A stretch of DNA of 41,500 bases from an uncultured Ruminococcus sp. (GCA_902782645.1 CACZNV010000034.1:1-41500), one strand, 5' to 3'; counted from the stretch's first letter, positions 1-8,944 are shown. Translations and numbers: made by a program. Notes: generated by a model not told the origin, from the sequence alone.

Positions 1-2
1 AT

Positions 3-227
3 CTTGCAGTCCTTCCTGCATATAGGCATAGCGGATTTGGTAAAAGATTATTGGAGCATGCATATGAAACTGCAGGAAATCAAGGATGCAAGCTCATAAA
101 CATAGGGATTGTTGAAGAAAACATACGGCTTAGGAAATGGTATGAACAGAACGGAGCTATACATACCGGAACTAAAAAGTTTGATTTCTTTCCGTTTACA
201 TGCGGATATATGGTAAAAGAACTATAA
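3..227 (+). CDS. GNAT family N-acetyltransferase, C-terminal part (5' end outside window)
   Basis: Not in the ORF track. Frame 3 reads LAVLPAYRHSGFGKRLLEHAYETA...NIRLRKWYEQNG...GYMVKEL* with stop TAA at 225-227. V-x-P-x-Y-R-x-x-G-x-G is the GNAT acetyl-CoA-binding motif A. Confidence 0.85.
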   Translation, partial: LAVLPAYRHSGFGKRLLEHAYETAGNQGCKLINIGIVEENIRLRKWYEQNGAIHTGTKKFDFFPFTCGYMVKEL

Positions 228-244
228 GGAGTGGCTTTAAGATA

Positions 245-706
245 ATGATAAAAGTTTTATTCGTCTGCCACGGCAACATCTGCCGCAGCCCTATGGCGGA
301 GTTCTGCCTGAGAGATCTATTGGCGAGAAACAACATCGCCAATGTCTCCGTGAGTTCCGCCGCCACCAGCGCCGAGGAAATCGGCAACCCTGTCTATCCG
401 CCTGCCCGGCAGAAGCTCCGGGAGCAGGGCATTGACCCCTCCGGAAAGCGTGCGAGGCAGATATCAAGGAATGATTATGAAAAGTATGATATAATCGTTG
501 CGATGGAGCGCTACAATCTGCAGAACATGCTGAGAATCATTGGCGGTGACCCGGAGAACAAGTTCAGGCTCCTGATGGACTACACAGACACGCCGGGGGA
601 CGTTGCCGATCCGTGGTACACGGGCGATTTTGACGAGGCCTGGCGCGACATCGAAAAAGGCTGCTCGGCGATGCTCGAGCGGATTAAAACGGGCAAGCCG
701 CTCTGA
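245..706 (+). CDS. Low molecular weight protein-tyrosine phosphatase
   Basis: P-loop VCHGNICRSPMAE and DPWY general-acid motif. Start moved to ATG 245, which follows AAGGAG at 226-231. Confidence 0.93.
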   Translation: MIKVLFVCHGNICRSPMAEFCLRDLLARNNIANVSVSSAATSAEEIGNPVYPPARQKLREQGIDPSGKRARQISRNDYEKYDIIVAMERYNLQNMLRIIGGDPENKFRLLMDYTDTPGDVADPWYTGDFDEAWRDIEKGCSAMLERIKTGKPL

Positions 707-727
707 CGGCCCCGCGGGAGACACAGC

Positions 728-1915
728 TTGAAAAAGTTTTTTGAGTTTTTCAAAAAGAACAGGGTGCGGAAGATATTGGCGGCAGTGCTGGGCTTCTCGC
801 TGATAAGGCTTCTTGCCTCCTTCGCGGTCTACCTGCTGGCGGCGGGTCACGGCAGCTTTGTGCGCTCGGTCTACACCGAAAAGATATTTCCCGTGATCAC
901 ATCGCCAATGAAATTCGTCGCCTCCCTCTTCCCCTTCTCCGTGGGCGAGGTCCTTCTGATCGCTGCAGCTGTGCTTGCCCTCTCAGGGCTCGTCTTTTGC
1001 TTTGCCCGCTGGATTTACCTTGGCGTGCGCAAAAAAAAAGGGACCAAGGGCTTTCTGCGGCTTCTTGCCGTTGTGCTGACGGTCGGAATTCTTGTCGGCG
1101 GCAACTTTTTTGTCTACGGCGCGCTCAACTACCGCTCGCTCACGTTCAAGGAGGTCACAGGCATTGAGGTGACCCCGGCAAAGACAGACGAGCTTGAGCA
1201 GCTTTGCCTATATTTAGGGAGAAAAGCCACGAAAGCGCGGAGCGTTCTCACCGAGAACGATGAAGGTGTGATTTGCGACGCGCGCTCCGACTACGACATT
1301 CTGAAGGCTTCGACAAAGGGTTTTGCGACCGCCTCAAAGGAATTCCCCTGCCTAAAGGGCTACCTCGTTGCCCCCAAGCCGGCAATTTTTTCCGAGATGA
1401 TGGCCTGCGAGCAGATTGCCGGCATCTTCCCCATCGTCTACACCGAATCCATCGTCAACGTAATCGCCCCGGTCTACGACACGCCCTTCACTGCCTGCCA
1501 CGAGCTTGCCCACCAGCTTGGCTTTGCCCAGGAGGACGAGGCGAATTTCATTGGCTTCATCGCCGCAATCGCCAATGACGACCCTCTCTACGTCTACAGC
1601 GGCTACTACAACGGCTTCTCCTACGCCATGAACAAGCTCCGCTCCTACGACCAGGACAAATGGGCCGCCGTCTGGAGCGACCCCGACATCGACAGCGAAG
1701 GCATTTCTCGCGACATGCGACACGCCAATTCAATCTGGGACGCCTACAAAAAGAAGGCCCCGGTGATCAGCAGAATCTCCGAAGCCGTCAACGACACCTA
1801 CCTCAAAGCCAACGACATCAAAGACGGCACCTACAGCTACGGCAGGATGGTCGACCTGATGCTGGCCTACTACCGCAGCAAACTCCCCGCTGCAGTCAGC
1901 GGTTCCGAAGACTGA
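728..1915 (+). CDS. DUF3810 family membrane protein (putative zinc metallopeptidase)
   Basis: Three N-terminal hydrophobic segments, HELAHQLGFAQEDEANF (HExxH...E) and C-terminal NDTYLKAN...SYGRMVDLM. Confidence 0.85.
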   Translation: MKKFFEFFKKNRVRKILAAVLGFSLIRLLASFAVYLLAAGHGSFVRSVYTEKIFPVITSPMKFVASLFPFSVGEVLLIAAAVLALSGLVFCFARWIYLGVRKKKGTKGFLRLLAVVLTVGILVGGNFFVYGALNYRSLTFKEVTGIEVTPAKTDELEQLCLYLGRKATKARSVLTENDEGVICDARSDYDILKASTKGFATASKEFPCLKGYLVAPKPAIFSEMMACEQIAGIFPIVYTESIVNVIAPVYDTPFTACHELAHQLGFAQEDEANFIGFIAAIANDDPLYVYSGYYNGFSYAMNKLRSYDQDKWAAVWSDPDIDSEGISRDMRHANSIWDAYKKKAPVISRISEAVNDTYLKANDIKDGTYSYGRMVDLMLAYYRSKLPAAVSGSED

Positions 1916-2000
1916 TTATTTCCATTCAGTATTTTAAACCATCTTCTTTCTGTACCCCGGTCAAATATGCATGAATGCGATGTTGGCTCCTACTTTTTTG

Positions 2001-2029
2001 TTGACAATATAACGGTATGCCGTTATAAT
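2001..2029 (+). promoter_or_regulatory. Consensus sigma-A promoter with internal inverted-repeat operator
   Basis: TTGACA (2001-2006)-17 nt-TATAAT (2024-2029). The inverted repeat TATAACGG-tatg-CCGTTATA (2008-2027) fills the spacer and overlaps the -10. Confidence 0.85.
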
Positions 2030-2050
2030 TTAGTGAGGCAGGTGATAAGA

Positions 2051-2620
2051 ATGACTTTAAGCGAAATAATCAATCAAAAGAAGATATCTAAATACCGCGT
2101 AGCAAAAAACTGCGGAATTCCCTACACCACGCTGAATGATATCTGCAACAATAAAACTGTGATTGCCAAATGCAGCGCCGAAACAGTGTATAAACTCGCA
2201 AAAGAGCTTGGCGTATCCATGGAAGCCCTACTTGAGCCTTATCTCATACCCCGGCCGGATTTCGACCTCTTTAAAAGCAATGTTTGTCACCGCTTGAAAG
2301 AGCTGGGAGATATCACTTTTTTAATTGAAACAATTCAAAGCGGCGATATTATGACCTATTACAACCGATCGTGGTATCCTGAAAGTCTGTACCTGCTCGC
2401 CATGGTTGATTACATCAGCAGAATCAATAAAATACCCCTTTGCGATTCATACAACGAACTCCGCAAGGCAAAACTGAAAAAGCCGGTTTACCCGTCAAGT
2501 ATTATTGCCGCATACGCCGTATCAAAGGACGACAGTGTCAAGGAAAAGGCAAAAACCGCATCAATCCCGGAATTTTTGCGTTTTAACATCATCGAAAGCG
2601 AGGTAAGAAATGTCTACTGA
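2051..2620 (+). CDS. XRE/Cro-C1 HTH protein, putative antitoxin/regulator paired with the downstream nucleotidyltransferase
   Basis: N-terminal HTH (SKYRVAKNCGIPYTTLNDICN). ATG 2051 follows AGGTG and lies downstream of the promoter. Overlaps the next gene. Confidence 0.8.
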   Translation: MTLSEIINQKKISKYRVAKNCGIPYTTLNDICNNKTVIAKCSAETVYKLAKELGVSMEALLEPYLIPRPDFDLFKSNVCHRLKELGDITFLIETIQSGDIMTYYNRSWYPESLYLLAMVDYISRINKIPLCDSYNELRKAKLKKPVYPSSIIAAYAVSKDDSVKEKAKTASIPEFLRFNIIESEVRNVY

Positions 2621-2890
2621 GAACTCAACTGTATTTAAAAAAGACAATCTTGACTTTTACTTAAAAGAACTCGCAAAAGAATACAAAAAACTTGTCGGCA
2701 AAAAAATGCCTGCAGAAATTATATTGATTGGCGGCGCAGCAATTGTCGAAAGCTATGGCTTTAGGGATATGACAACCGATGTTGATGCTATCATCACAGC
2801 ATCCTCTGCAATGAAGGACGCAATTAATCTGACAGGCGACCGTTTTAATCTTCCTAACGGATGGTTAAACATGGATTTTCAAAAGACCGC
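2610..2890 (+). pseudogene. DUF6036-like nucleotidyltransferase (putative toxin), truncated by IS21 remnant
   Basis: IILIGGAA...TTDVD is a Pol-beta-superfamily NTase motif. Native sequence ends at GWLNMDFQKTA, and the ORF then reads into the IS end to a stop at 2957. Confidence 0.75.
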
Positions 2891-3679
2891 TGCATATAGC
2901 GGTGCCGTTGAACACCTCGGCCGTTCTGAATTGAACACCTTCGTCGCTCAAAACTGAACACCTTCGTCGTTGCTGCTGTACATTGACAAATTAATGATTT
3001 TGGAGCATCATAGAGTTGCTTTTAGCCGTACGGGGGGATAGGGCAACGCTGAGGAGCGACCTGAGCACCTGATACGGGATTTGGCGGGAAGAGTGATACT
3101 GTACGCCGCTCACGGCAGAGAATCGCTCTTCTTTTTTTGACCTGTCATACAACATCACTCTTCCCGGAAAATCTTAATGCGTTAAACCTCGGGTTCGGGC
3201 AGAGCCCGATGAGCCGTAGGCTCCTTACGCTTTTTCCTCTTTGACTCCTTTTCGCTTACGCATAGATTCTTTACAGTCAATTACGATATTATATGAGTCA
3301 TGAACGATGCGGTCGCATATTGCGTCTGCGAGTATTGGATCTCCGATTTTGTCCCGCCAACCAGGAACATCAAATTGAGAGCAGAAGATTGTTGACGCCT
3401 TTTTGTATCTCGCCTCAATTATTTCAAGCAGATCACGAGCTTCAGTTTCCTTTAACGGGTAAAGCAACCACTCATCAAGAATGAGCAATTGGTCATATTC
3501 TTGACCTCCTTATGTTGTATTCACGCTCTTGCGTGTAGCAACATATTACCGCCTGTATTATCGGTGTTCAACTTTTCCGACGATACTGTTCAGTTTTGAA
3601 CGACGAGGGTGTTCAGTTTTCGGCGTTGCAACTGTTCAATCAGTGCGGCCGAAGTGTCCAGTTTGGTGCGCTATATTCA
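2891..3679 (-). mobile_element. Internally deleted, non-autonomous IS21-family element (789 bp)
   Basis: TG...CA ends: TGCATATAGCG (2891) versus reverse complement TGAATATAGCG (3679). Multiple subterminal TGAACA(C) repeats at both ends. Contains an istB 3' fragment. No clear 4-7 bp target duplication (only GC on each side). Confidence 0.85.
3225..3488 (-). pseudogene. istB: IstB ATPase C-terminal fragment
   Basis: LILDEW (Walker B)...LLEIIEARY..STIFCSQ...ADAICDRIVH...ESMR. Walker A is absent. Confidence 0.88.
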
Positions 3680-3690
3680 GCTTTTATTCC

Positions 3691-3742
3691 CTTGATTTTC
3701 GCCACAGAGTACATTTTTTTATACTCTGTGGCGAAAATCAAG
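3691..3742. repeat. Perfect 21-bp inverted repeat with 10-nt loop
   Basis: CTTGATTTTCGCCACAGAGTA (3691-3711) / TACTCTGTGGCGAAAATCAAG (3722-3742). Confidence 0.95.
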
Positions 3743-3854
3743 CGTTTATTTCAGAAATAGCCTTCAGCACGATATCCTGACCAACCTTTAATTGAGCATT
3801 CTGCTCGTTGTATCCGGATGCTTTATTCTTTTCGATTTCTTCATATAGATTCAT
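3738..3854 (-). pseudogene. Probable N-terminal remnant (38 aa) of an AbiEii-type nucleotidyltransferase toxin
   Basis: Not in the ORF track. MNLYEEIEKNKASGYNEQNAQLKVGQDIVLKAISEINA*, coupled (TGATG) to the AbiEi-like gene. Resembles clostridial AbiEii N-termini and stops before the expected KGG motif. The stop codon lies in the hairpin arm. Confidence 0.6.
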
Positions 3855-4339
3855 CAGAGCACCTCCAATTGTATCATGTTCATAATCCTGGCGCTGCTTT
3901 TAAACATAGCTGCATAATCCTCAACAAGTCCGAAATCCATCTCGAAGGAAATCTTGCGGTAGTTACCTATGATCTCCTTATAATAGTCCATCGGTATTCT
4001 GGACTTAAGCCTCATAAGTTCAACCAGCATTCGCTCCTTATCATATATACGGATGCTGGAGTTATTGTATTGTATCTCTGTGATACCGGTGTAAATGTTA
4101 GTATAAATGTTGGTTTCAAACATTTCATCTTTCATGAAGAACTGCACGACACGTGGATCCTTTATCCTTGTATCCGTTCGTTTGGTCGCGAGATAGTAAC
4201 GGTCCGGGATTACGTCAGTCAGCGAATGGTAGTAAAATGCACTTTCTCCGGTGAAGACAGTTTTAGGGTATTTTCGCATGATTATATCTGTTTCGGAAGC
4301 ATTCCTCTTGGTAGAATGTATTCCTGATTCCGCTTTCAA
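3854..4339 (-). CDS. AbiEi-like type IV TA antitoxin (5' end possibly truncated or frameshifted)
   Basis: VFTGESAFYYHSLTDVIP and IRIYDKERMLVELMR motifs. The strong AGGAGG (4369-4374) is not spaced for the TTG start at 4339. Confidence 0.72.
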   Translation of the reverse strand: MKAESGIHSTKRNASETDIIMRKYPKTVFTGESAFYYHSLTDVIPDRYYLATKRTDTRIKDPRVVQFFMKDEMFETNIYTNIYTGITEIQYNNSSIRIYDKERMLVELMRLKSRIPMDYYKEIIGNYRKISFEMDFGLVEDYAAMFKSSARIMNMIQLEVL

Positions 4340-4388
4340 TTTCTTAACATATACAAATGAACGCTATTCCTCCTATAATATATCTATT

Positions 4389-6194
4389 TTAGGGTAAATC
4401 GTCTGCTTTGAAATAAAACTTTTTAATCGTACACTCATAATCTTCATTTTCAATGAAAGGGCAATCTCCATTGTAATCAGCAGGATCAAAACGGATTCCA
4501 CCTACATACCCAAACCAATTTGTGTTGGTGCTCATGTCAATTCTATACGTATGGAACTCACCATCCGGCAATGTTTCGAATTCAACCATCCAATCATTAC
4601 GCCATATACTGCTAGCAACACTCGTAAAAAAAATCTGTGCCTTGTTACTCGTCCCTGTTATCTTCATTTCTATAAATATATTTTTAAAATGATTCGCATT
4701 TATACCGTACCCTAATTTAAACAGGTATGGATCCTCATCTGTTATAATAAAGTTTAACTCTCGGTTAATGCTTTTTGCAGATTCCATTTGGTGAACGTTG
4801 TCAAATATTTCACAGAGTTCTGGGTCATATACTGATTTTGAAACATCCTGCCCTGGGAGAGGAATAACATTTACGGTGAACTCAACAGGAGTCATTGATT
4901 GGCATTCAATTTTACGAATTATCATTGGCGGAATAGAAATGCTCTTAAGAACACGATATTGCTCTAAATCGGTTTTAATATTATAAACATATTTGTCATT
5001 CACAATCATGACAACATCATGACATGGATAATCGTCCATCCCGTTTATAAAATCTATTTTGCAAGAGTATACCTCAGGATTTACTATTATTTGTTGATCA
5101 AATTTATCATTATTATGAGTATTAGTCTCATTATCAAGTTTAATCTGATAACTGAGTATAAATTGATTATTCAGCTCTTTTTTTGAATACGTCAAAGATT
5201 TCAGCTTATACAAAATGTGGGGTAACACATCAAGTTCGACACTGTATCCATGTTCCAATGCTTTCTTTAATTTGCATCTATATTCGTCATCCTGACAAAG
5301 AACCGATGGGAAACGGCCACTTTTAGTCTGATACTTCATGTTTAACAGTCTGATTTTCTCTAAATCATCTGCAACTTTTCCAAACTTATCTATCAATTCA
5401 TGTAGCAACGGCTCAAGATTGTACTCATTTTCAATATAAAGCAATCTATCGTGTAAGTGTTTTTTATGCTTTATGAAATCATGTATAGTCTTATAGGATA
5501 AACTACATTCGGATGAATTTAGTTTATCCAGGAGCATTTGGTATATCTGAATTCCATAACAAATATTGGGATTATTATACAATTCTCCTCTAGGTGAGCT
5601 GTACCACTCGCACTCTTTTTCACAGCTGATATAATGCGATAGGTTTTTAATGAAAAGATCCGGATGGAAATCTCCTTGAAAAGAAACTTTTGGTTTAATT
5701 GTTGTAAATGTTTTATGCAAAGCATCTATACTGCCACCTTGCATATAATGATTCCTTATTTCGTACGCAGCTTTTACTAGTTCATTTGCATCAATATCAA
5801 CTATAACTTGTCCTCTCATTATATCAAAGAAAATGCTTTTAAACTTTTTTTTGTCCTTATCGTATTCATATATGATTAGTGGATGAACAAAATGATTGCT
5901 AAAATATCTTTTCGATGCTGATATGTAAAACTCATCCACCCAAAGTATTACAAATTTATCAAACATAATTTCTTGTTCTAATAATTCTTGCATATTCCTA
6001 ATGTCACCTATTTTATATTGTGCTATAGTATCAAACAGACCATAAAAATCTACATTGTCGACATAGTCAACAATGTCACCATACATCATAATATTGACAA
6101 ATCTCTCAAGAATCCATCCCTCTTGGCTAGACCGACTGAGGAACGCCAATAAAGGATTAATTTGCATGTAAGTACTCTTATTCGTATGACTCAT
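4389..6194 (-). CDS. Hypothetical protein: N-terminal BtrH-like/papain-like region plus C-terminal CBM-like beta-sandwich
   Basis: VILWVDEFYI...HFVHPLIIYEYD resembles the BtrH-like D-x-F-Y...H-x-x-x-I-Y-G-Y-D pattern. C-terminus has DPYL...AQIFF...DGEFHTYRIDMS...W-x-G...IRFDP. ORF is solid; function is tentative. Confidence 0.55.
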   Translation of the reverse strand: MSHTNKSTYMQINPLLAFLSRSSQEGWILERFVNIMMYGDIVDYVDNVDFYGLFDTIAQYKIGDIRNMQELLEQEIMFDKFVILWVDEFYISASKRYFSNHFVHPLIIYEYDKDKKKFKSIFFDIMRGQVIVDIDANELVKAAYEIRNHYMQGGSIDALHKTFTTIKPKVSFQGDFHPDLFIKNLSHYISCEKECEWYSSPRGELYNNPNICYGIQIYQMLLDKLNSSECSLSYKTIHDFIKHKKHLHDRLLYIENEYNLEPLLHELIDKFGKVADDLEKIRLLNMKYQTKSGRFPSVLCQDDEYRCKLKKALEHGYSVELDVLPHILYKLKSLTYSKKELNNQFILSYQIKLDNETNTHNNDKFDQQIIVNPEVYSCKIDFINGMDDYPCHDVVMIVNDKYVYNIKTDLEQYRVLKSISIPPMIIRKIECQSMTPVEFTVNVIPLPGQDVSKSVYDPELCEIFDNVHQMESAKSINRELNFIITDEDPYLFKLGYGINANHFKNIFIEMKITGTSNKAQIFFTSVASSIWRNDWMVEFETLPDGEFHTYRIDMSTNTNWFGYVGGIRFDPADYNGDCPFIENEDYECTIKKFYFKADDLP

Positions 6195-6353
6195 AGACGA
6201 TTTTACACCTATTAAAGATGTTTAACCTCCCTCTTCCTTATGATTACTTGACGTAGAGATTGACTGCTATCTTAGAGCTAACTTTTTATACATTCTAAAG
6301 TCCACTCGAAGACCATTGTTTTGATGATCTGGATAATTCGTCTTAGCATATTC

Positions 6354-7793
6354 TTACCCCAAAATATTTTTGTTAAGCCACTCAAGGAAAGAATCATTTT
6401 TGCCAGTCCTGCCTTGGATAATTTCAGAAATATGAGTTGTTCTCTTTAGATATTCTATCATTTGTTCTTCAACACTTCTTCCAATCACTCGACAAGAGAC
6501 CGAGAACAACATAAGAGTGTTCCCATCTACTACCATTGTTCCTATCAATCCATAATCATTAATACTATCTCGGTAGTATACAGAATAGGTTTGACCTATA
6601 CGATTTGAAAGCTCCCTTATAGTTAATCGAGATCCATTTGTCCTTTGGTTTGTCCTCATAGACAACTCTGATATCCTACTTAGTTCAAAATCCCGTGCAA
6701 TATGGATATCTACCAGACCAGCAGAATCCTTTCCATAATGCTTCATGCTTTGCATATTTCTATAGTTTGAAACCCTAATGTCTGCAAGAGCTTGCTTCTT
6801 GGGATTAAGTTTAAAGCACGATAACTGTTCGTAAATGGTGTACGAATCAAACAAAATTGACTGAACATCTGGAACTAAAGATGTCATCTCATTTATCTCA
6901 CACTCTGAATCATCAATAAACACAATACTATCCAATGAAAGATTTAAAATGGTGGAGATTTCCTGAATATTCTCTGCTTTATTCCTATAATTCGCTTTAA
7001 TAACAGAAAAAAGCTCTTCTCGTAATATCATTCCATTATGGTGGGCAAGGACATCGCGAATGCTTTTTTCGCTATTTTTTGTGCAAAGACATAGAATTGT
7101 TCCGCTATTGTACATCTGTAGAATAAACTTCTGAAAAGTTGAGTATTTTTTCGATATCATTATTCCTTCTATCCCGTTCTCATTTAAAACTCCATCCCAC
7201 AGCACTCCATCACAGTCAAGTACTATGCACTTGGGTGTTCTACAGTAAGTTACGCAGTACTGACAATAGATTTCCCTAACTATCTCCTCGATAGTTCTTT
7301 TTGAATATGGTGAACTCCAGCGATACCAGCCTTTATCATTGTAAGCGTTTTTAATCCCGATGCCAGCTATAATTCTCTTAAAATCTAGAAAAGAGTCATC
7401 TGCATCAATAATATCTGCCAGAAATAGATTCAGCTTATCCACTATACCATTGCAGGGAAGAATGTTTCCAAATATAAACCTATCCTTTCGGTTATAATCA
7501 TCAAAGCCTAGCCACATTATTTTTCCTTTACTCTTCTTTCTTACGCTGTCATATATTTCTTTGCACTTATCCATAATAATGTCAAACTGTTCCAGACTAG
7601 GATTGCCAGACAATTCTTCAAGGTTAATATGCAACAGCACCAGTTCACTCTCTACAGTGTCTACCATGCTGAGATTGTTTAGATATATAAACGTGAATTT
7701 AGATTTGTCTAAAAAATAGAATCTAAACGCATTTTTTAGATACGGTTCAAAATAGATATTGCTTATAACTGAAATACTTAACACCGCAATCAA
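6354..7793 (-). CDS. FkbH-like HAD-IIIC protein (glyceryl-ACP-forming phosphatase/transferase)
   Basis: KCIVLDCDGVLWDG (DxD), CTKN, NKAENI, VFIDDSECE, RISELSMRTNQ and SCRVIGR with the conserved Cys. ATGA-type 4-nt overlap with the ACP gene. Confidence 0.85.
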   Translation of the reverse strand: MIAVLSISVISNIYFEPYLKNAFRFYFLDKSKFTFIYLNNLSMVDTVESELVLLHINLEELSGNPSLEQFDIIMDKCKEIYDSVRKKSKGKIMWLGFDDYNRKDRFIFGNILPCNGIVDKLNLFLADIIDADDSFLDFKRIIAGIGIKNAYNDKGWYRWSSPYSKRTIEEIVREIYCQYCVTYCRTPKCIVLDCDGVLWDGVLNENGIEGIMISKKYSTFQKFILQMYNSGTILCLCTKNSEKSIRDVLAHHNGMILREELFSVIKANYRNKAENIQEISTILNLSLDSIVFIDDSECEINEMTSLVPDVQSILFDSYTIYEQLSCFKLNPKKQALADIRVSNYRNMQSMKHYGKDSAGLVDIHIARDFELSRISELSMRTNQRTNGSRLTIRELSNRIGQTYSVYYRDSINDYGLIGTMVVDGNTLMLFSVSCRVIGRSVEEQMIEYLKRTTHISEIIQGRTGKNDSFLEWLNKNILG

Positions 7794-8038
7794 TCCTCCA
7801 GTATTTCGCAGATGACTTGAATTATTTTTGATACTGATTCAAGCTCTAGAATCGACAACCTGTCATCCGGAAACTCAATATTGAAAGTCTTTTCTAGTTC
7901 AACAATTATCGCAATAAACTCAATTGAATCTACTCCTAACTCTATCAAACTATCTTCGTAATTTGATTCAGTTATAACTGCATTTTCGATGCAAGAGTTT
8001 ATTATTTCAACTACATTGATTATTGATGGTTTTTCCAT
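7790..8038 (-). CDS. Acyl carrier protein
   Basis: 82 aa, acidic. LGVDSIEFIAIIVELEKTFNIEF carries the phosphopantetheine-site Ser. Confidence 0.9.
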   Translation of the reverse strand: MEKPSIINVVEIINSCIENAVITESNYEDSLIELGVDSIEFIAIIVELEKTFNIEFPDDRLSILELESVSKIIQVICEILED

Positions 8039-8040
8039 TG

Positions 8041-8940
8041 TCAGCCTCCCATGAAGATTTGTTTGTTTAGTTGTATCTTTCTTCTATCCCTTTCCGTCAA
8101 ATACCCTTCTATGTAATCATTTAAATCATTTGATTCAAGTCTTGTCCTAAAGTCTACTGTCCATTCTTTTCGTTCTTTTTTGCAGAGGCCGTAAGCATTA
8201 AGCAGTTTTTCTCCTTCTGGCGTGCGAAATGCTTCCAAATACTCCAATAAAAAAGAATCGCCAAATATTTGTTTTGTATAAAAAAGAACATAAAAAACAT
8301 AAGGTATAATTTCGTATTCCTTACTGATTCTAAGCAAGTTTTGCACTGAAATATCCTCTATGTTGTTTTTTAGCAAGAAATAGATATCTTTAAACATTTC
8401 AGATCTAATTGTATTTCTTGTTGCAAGAAGAAATATACTGTTCATGTCCTTGTAATGGTGTAACACCAATTGCACCATCGCTTTTAAAGGCGGCAATGTT
8501 TTAACTTTTGTACCATATATGTCCATCTCTATAGCATCAGCCAAGAACTGCTCCATATTTATTTTTTTCCCTTCGTATTCTCCCCAAAAAATATCAAAAT
8601 TGACATCTATCACAATGGATTGATTCCCGATAGTTCTAACATATGGAATGATCTGGTGCGAAGAAGACAAACATAGAATTCGCTCCAGCCGATAATCCTT
8701 CATTGAACTAGGTCTACTATGAAAACCCATTTGTAGCAAATGATTCTCAAGGTCGCCTAAAAACGCTTTTGGCACAAGCAGATCAATATCATTGTATCTT
8801 CTTTCACTCTCATTGCCATAGCATTGTTTGGATAATGCAGCTCCCTTTACAAGAGAATATGGCATGTTCCTAATCTTTGAAAAAAAATCCAAATGATTCA
8901 GAAATGCAAAGACGGCTCCGTTACGTACTTCTTCTAACAC
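8041..8940 (-). CDS. Nucleotidyltransferase family protein (NTP_transf_5-like)
   Basis: LVKGAALS...Y...RRYNDIDLLV and later LVLHHYK. GGAGG RBS lies in the upstream gene end before GTG. Confidence 0.85.
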   Translation of the reverse strand: MLEEVRNGAVFAFLNHLDFFSKIRNMPYSLVKGAALSKQCYGNESERRYNDIDLLVPKAFLGDLENHLLQMGFHSRPSSMKDYRLERILCLSSSHQIIPYVRTIGNQSIVIDVNFDIFWGEYEGKKINMEQFLADAIEMDIYGTKVKTLPPLKAMVQLVLHHYKDMNSIFLLATRNTIRSEMFKDIYFLLKNNIEDISVQNLLRISKEYEIIPYVFYVLFYTKQIFGDSFLLEYLEAFRTPEGEKLLNAYGLCKKERKEWTVDFRTRLESNDLNDYIEGYLTERDRRKIQLNKQIFMGG

Positions 8941-8944
8941 TTTT

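Noticed and set aside
2900-2975. Short TGAACACC repeats (also 3560-3665) as CRISPR or iterons
   Set aside because: They are inverted between the two ends of a TG...CA element containing istB, so they are IS21 subterminal repeats.
4091-4114. 12-bp tandem duplication encoding TNIYTNIY-like sequence in the AbiEi-like gene
   Set aside because: Real but in-frame with only two imperfect copies. No evidence of phase variation.
3818-4327. 169-aa plus-strand ORF
   Set aside because: Antisense to the AbiEi-like gene, which carries recognisable motifs.
6278-6349. 23-aa minus-strand ORF MLRRIIQIIKTMVFEWTLECIKS as a second precursor
   Set aside because: Only a weak RBS, a single Cys and no similarity to the 44-aa peptide.
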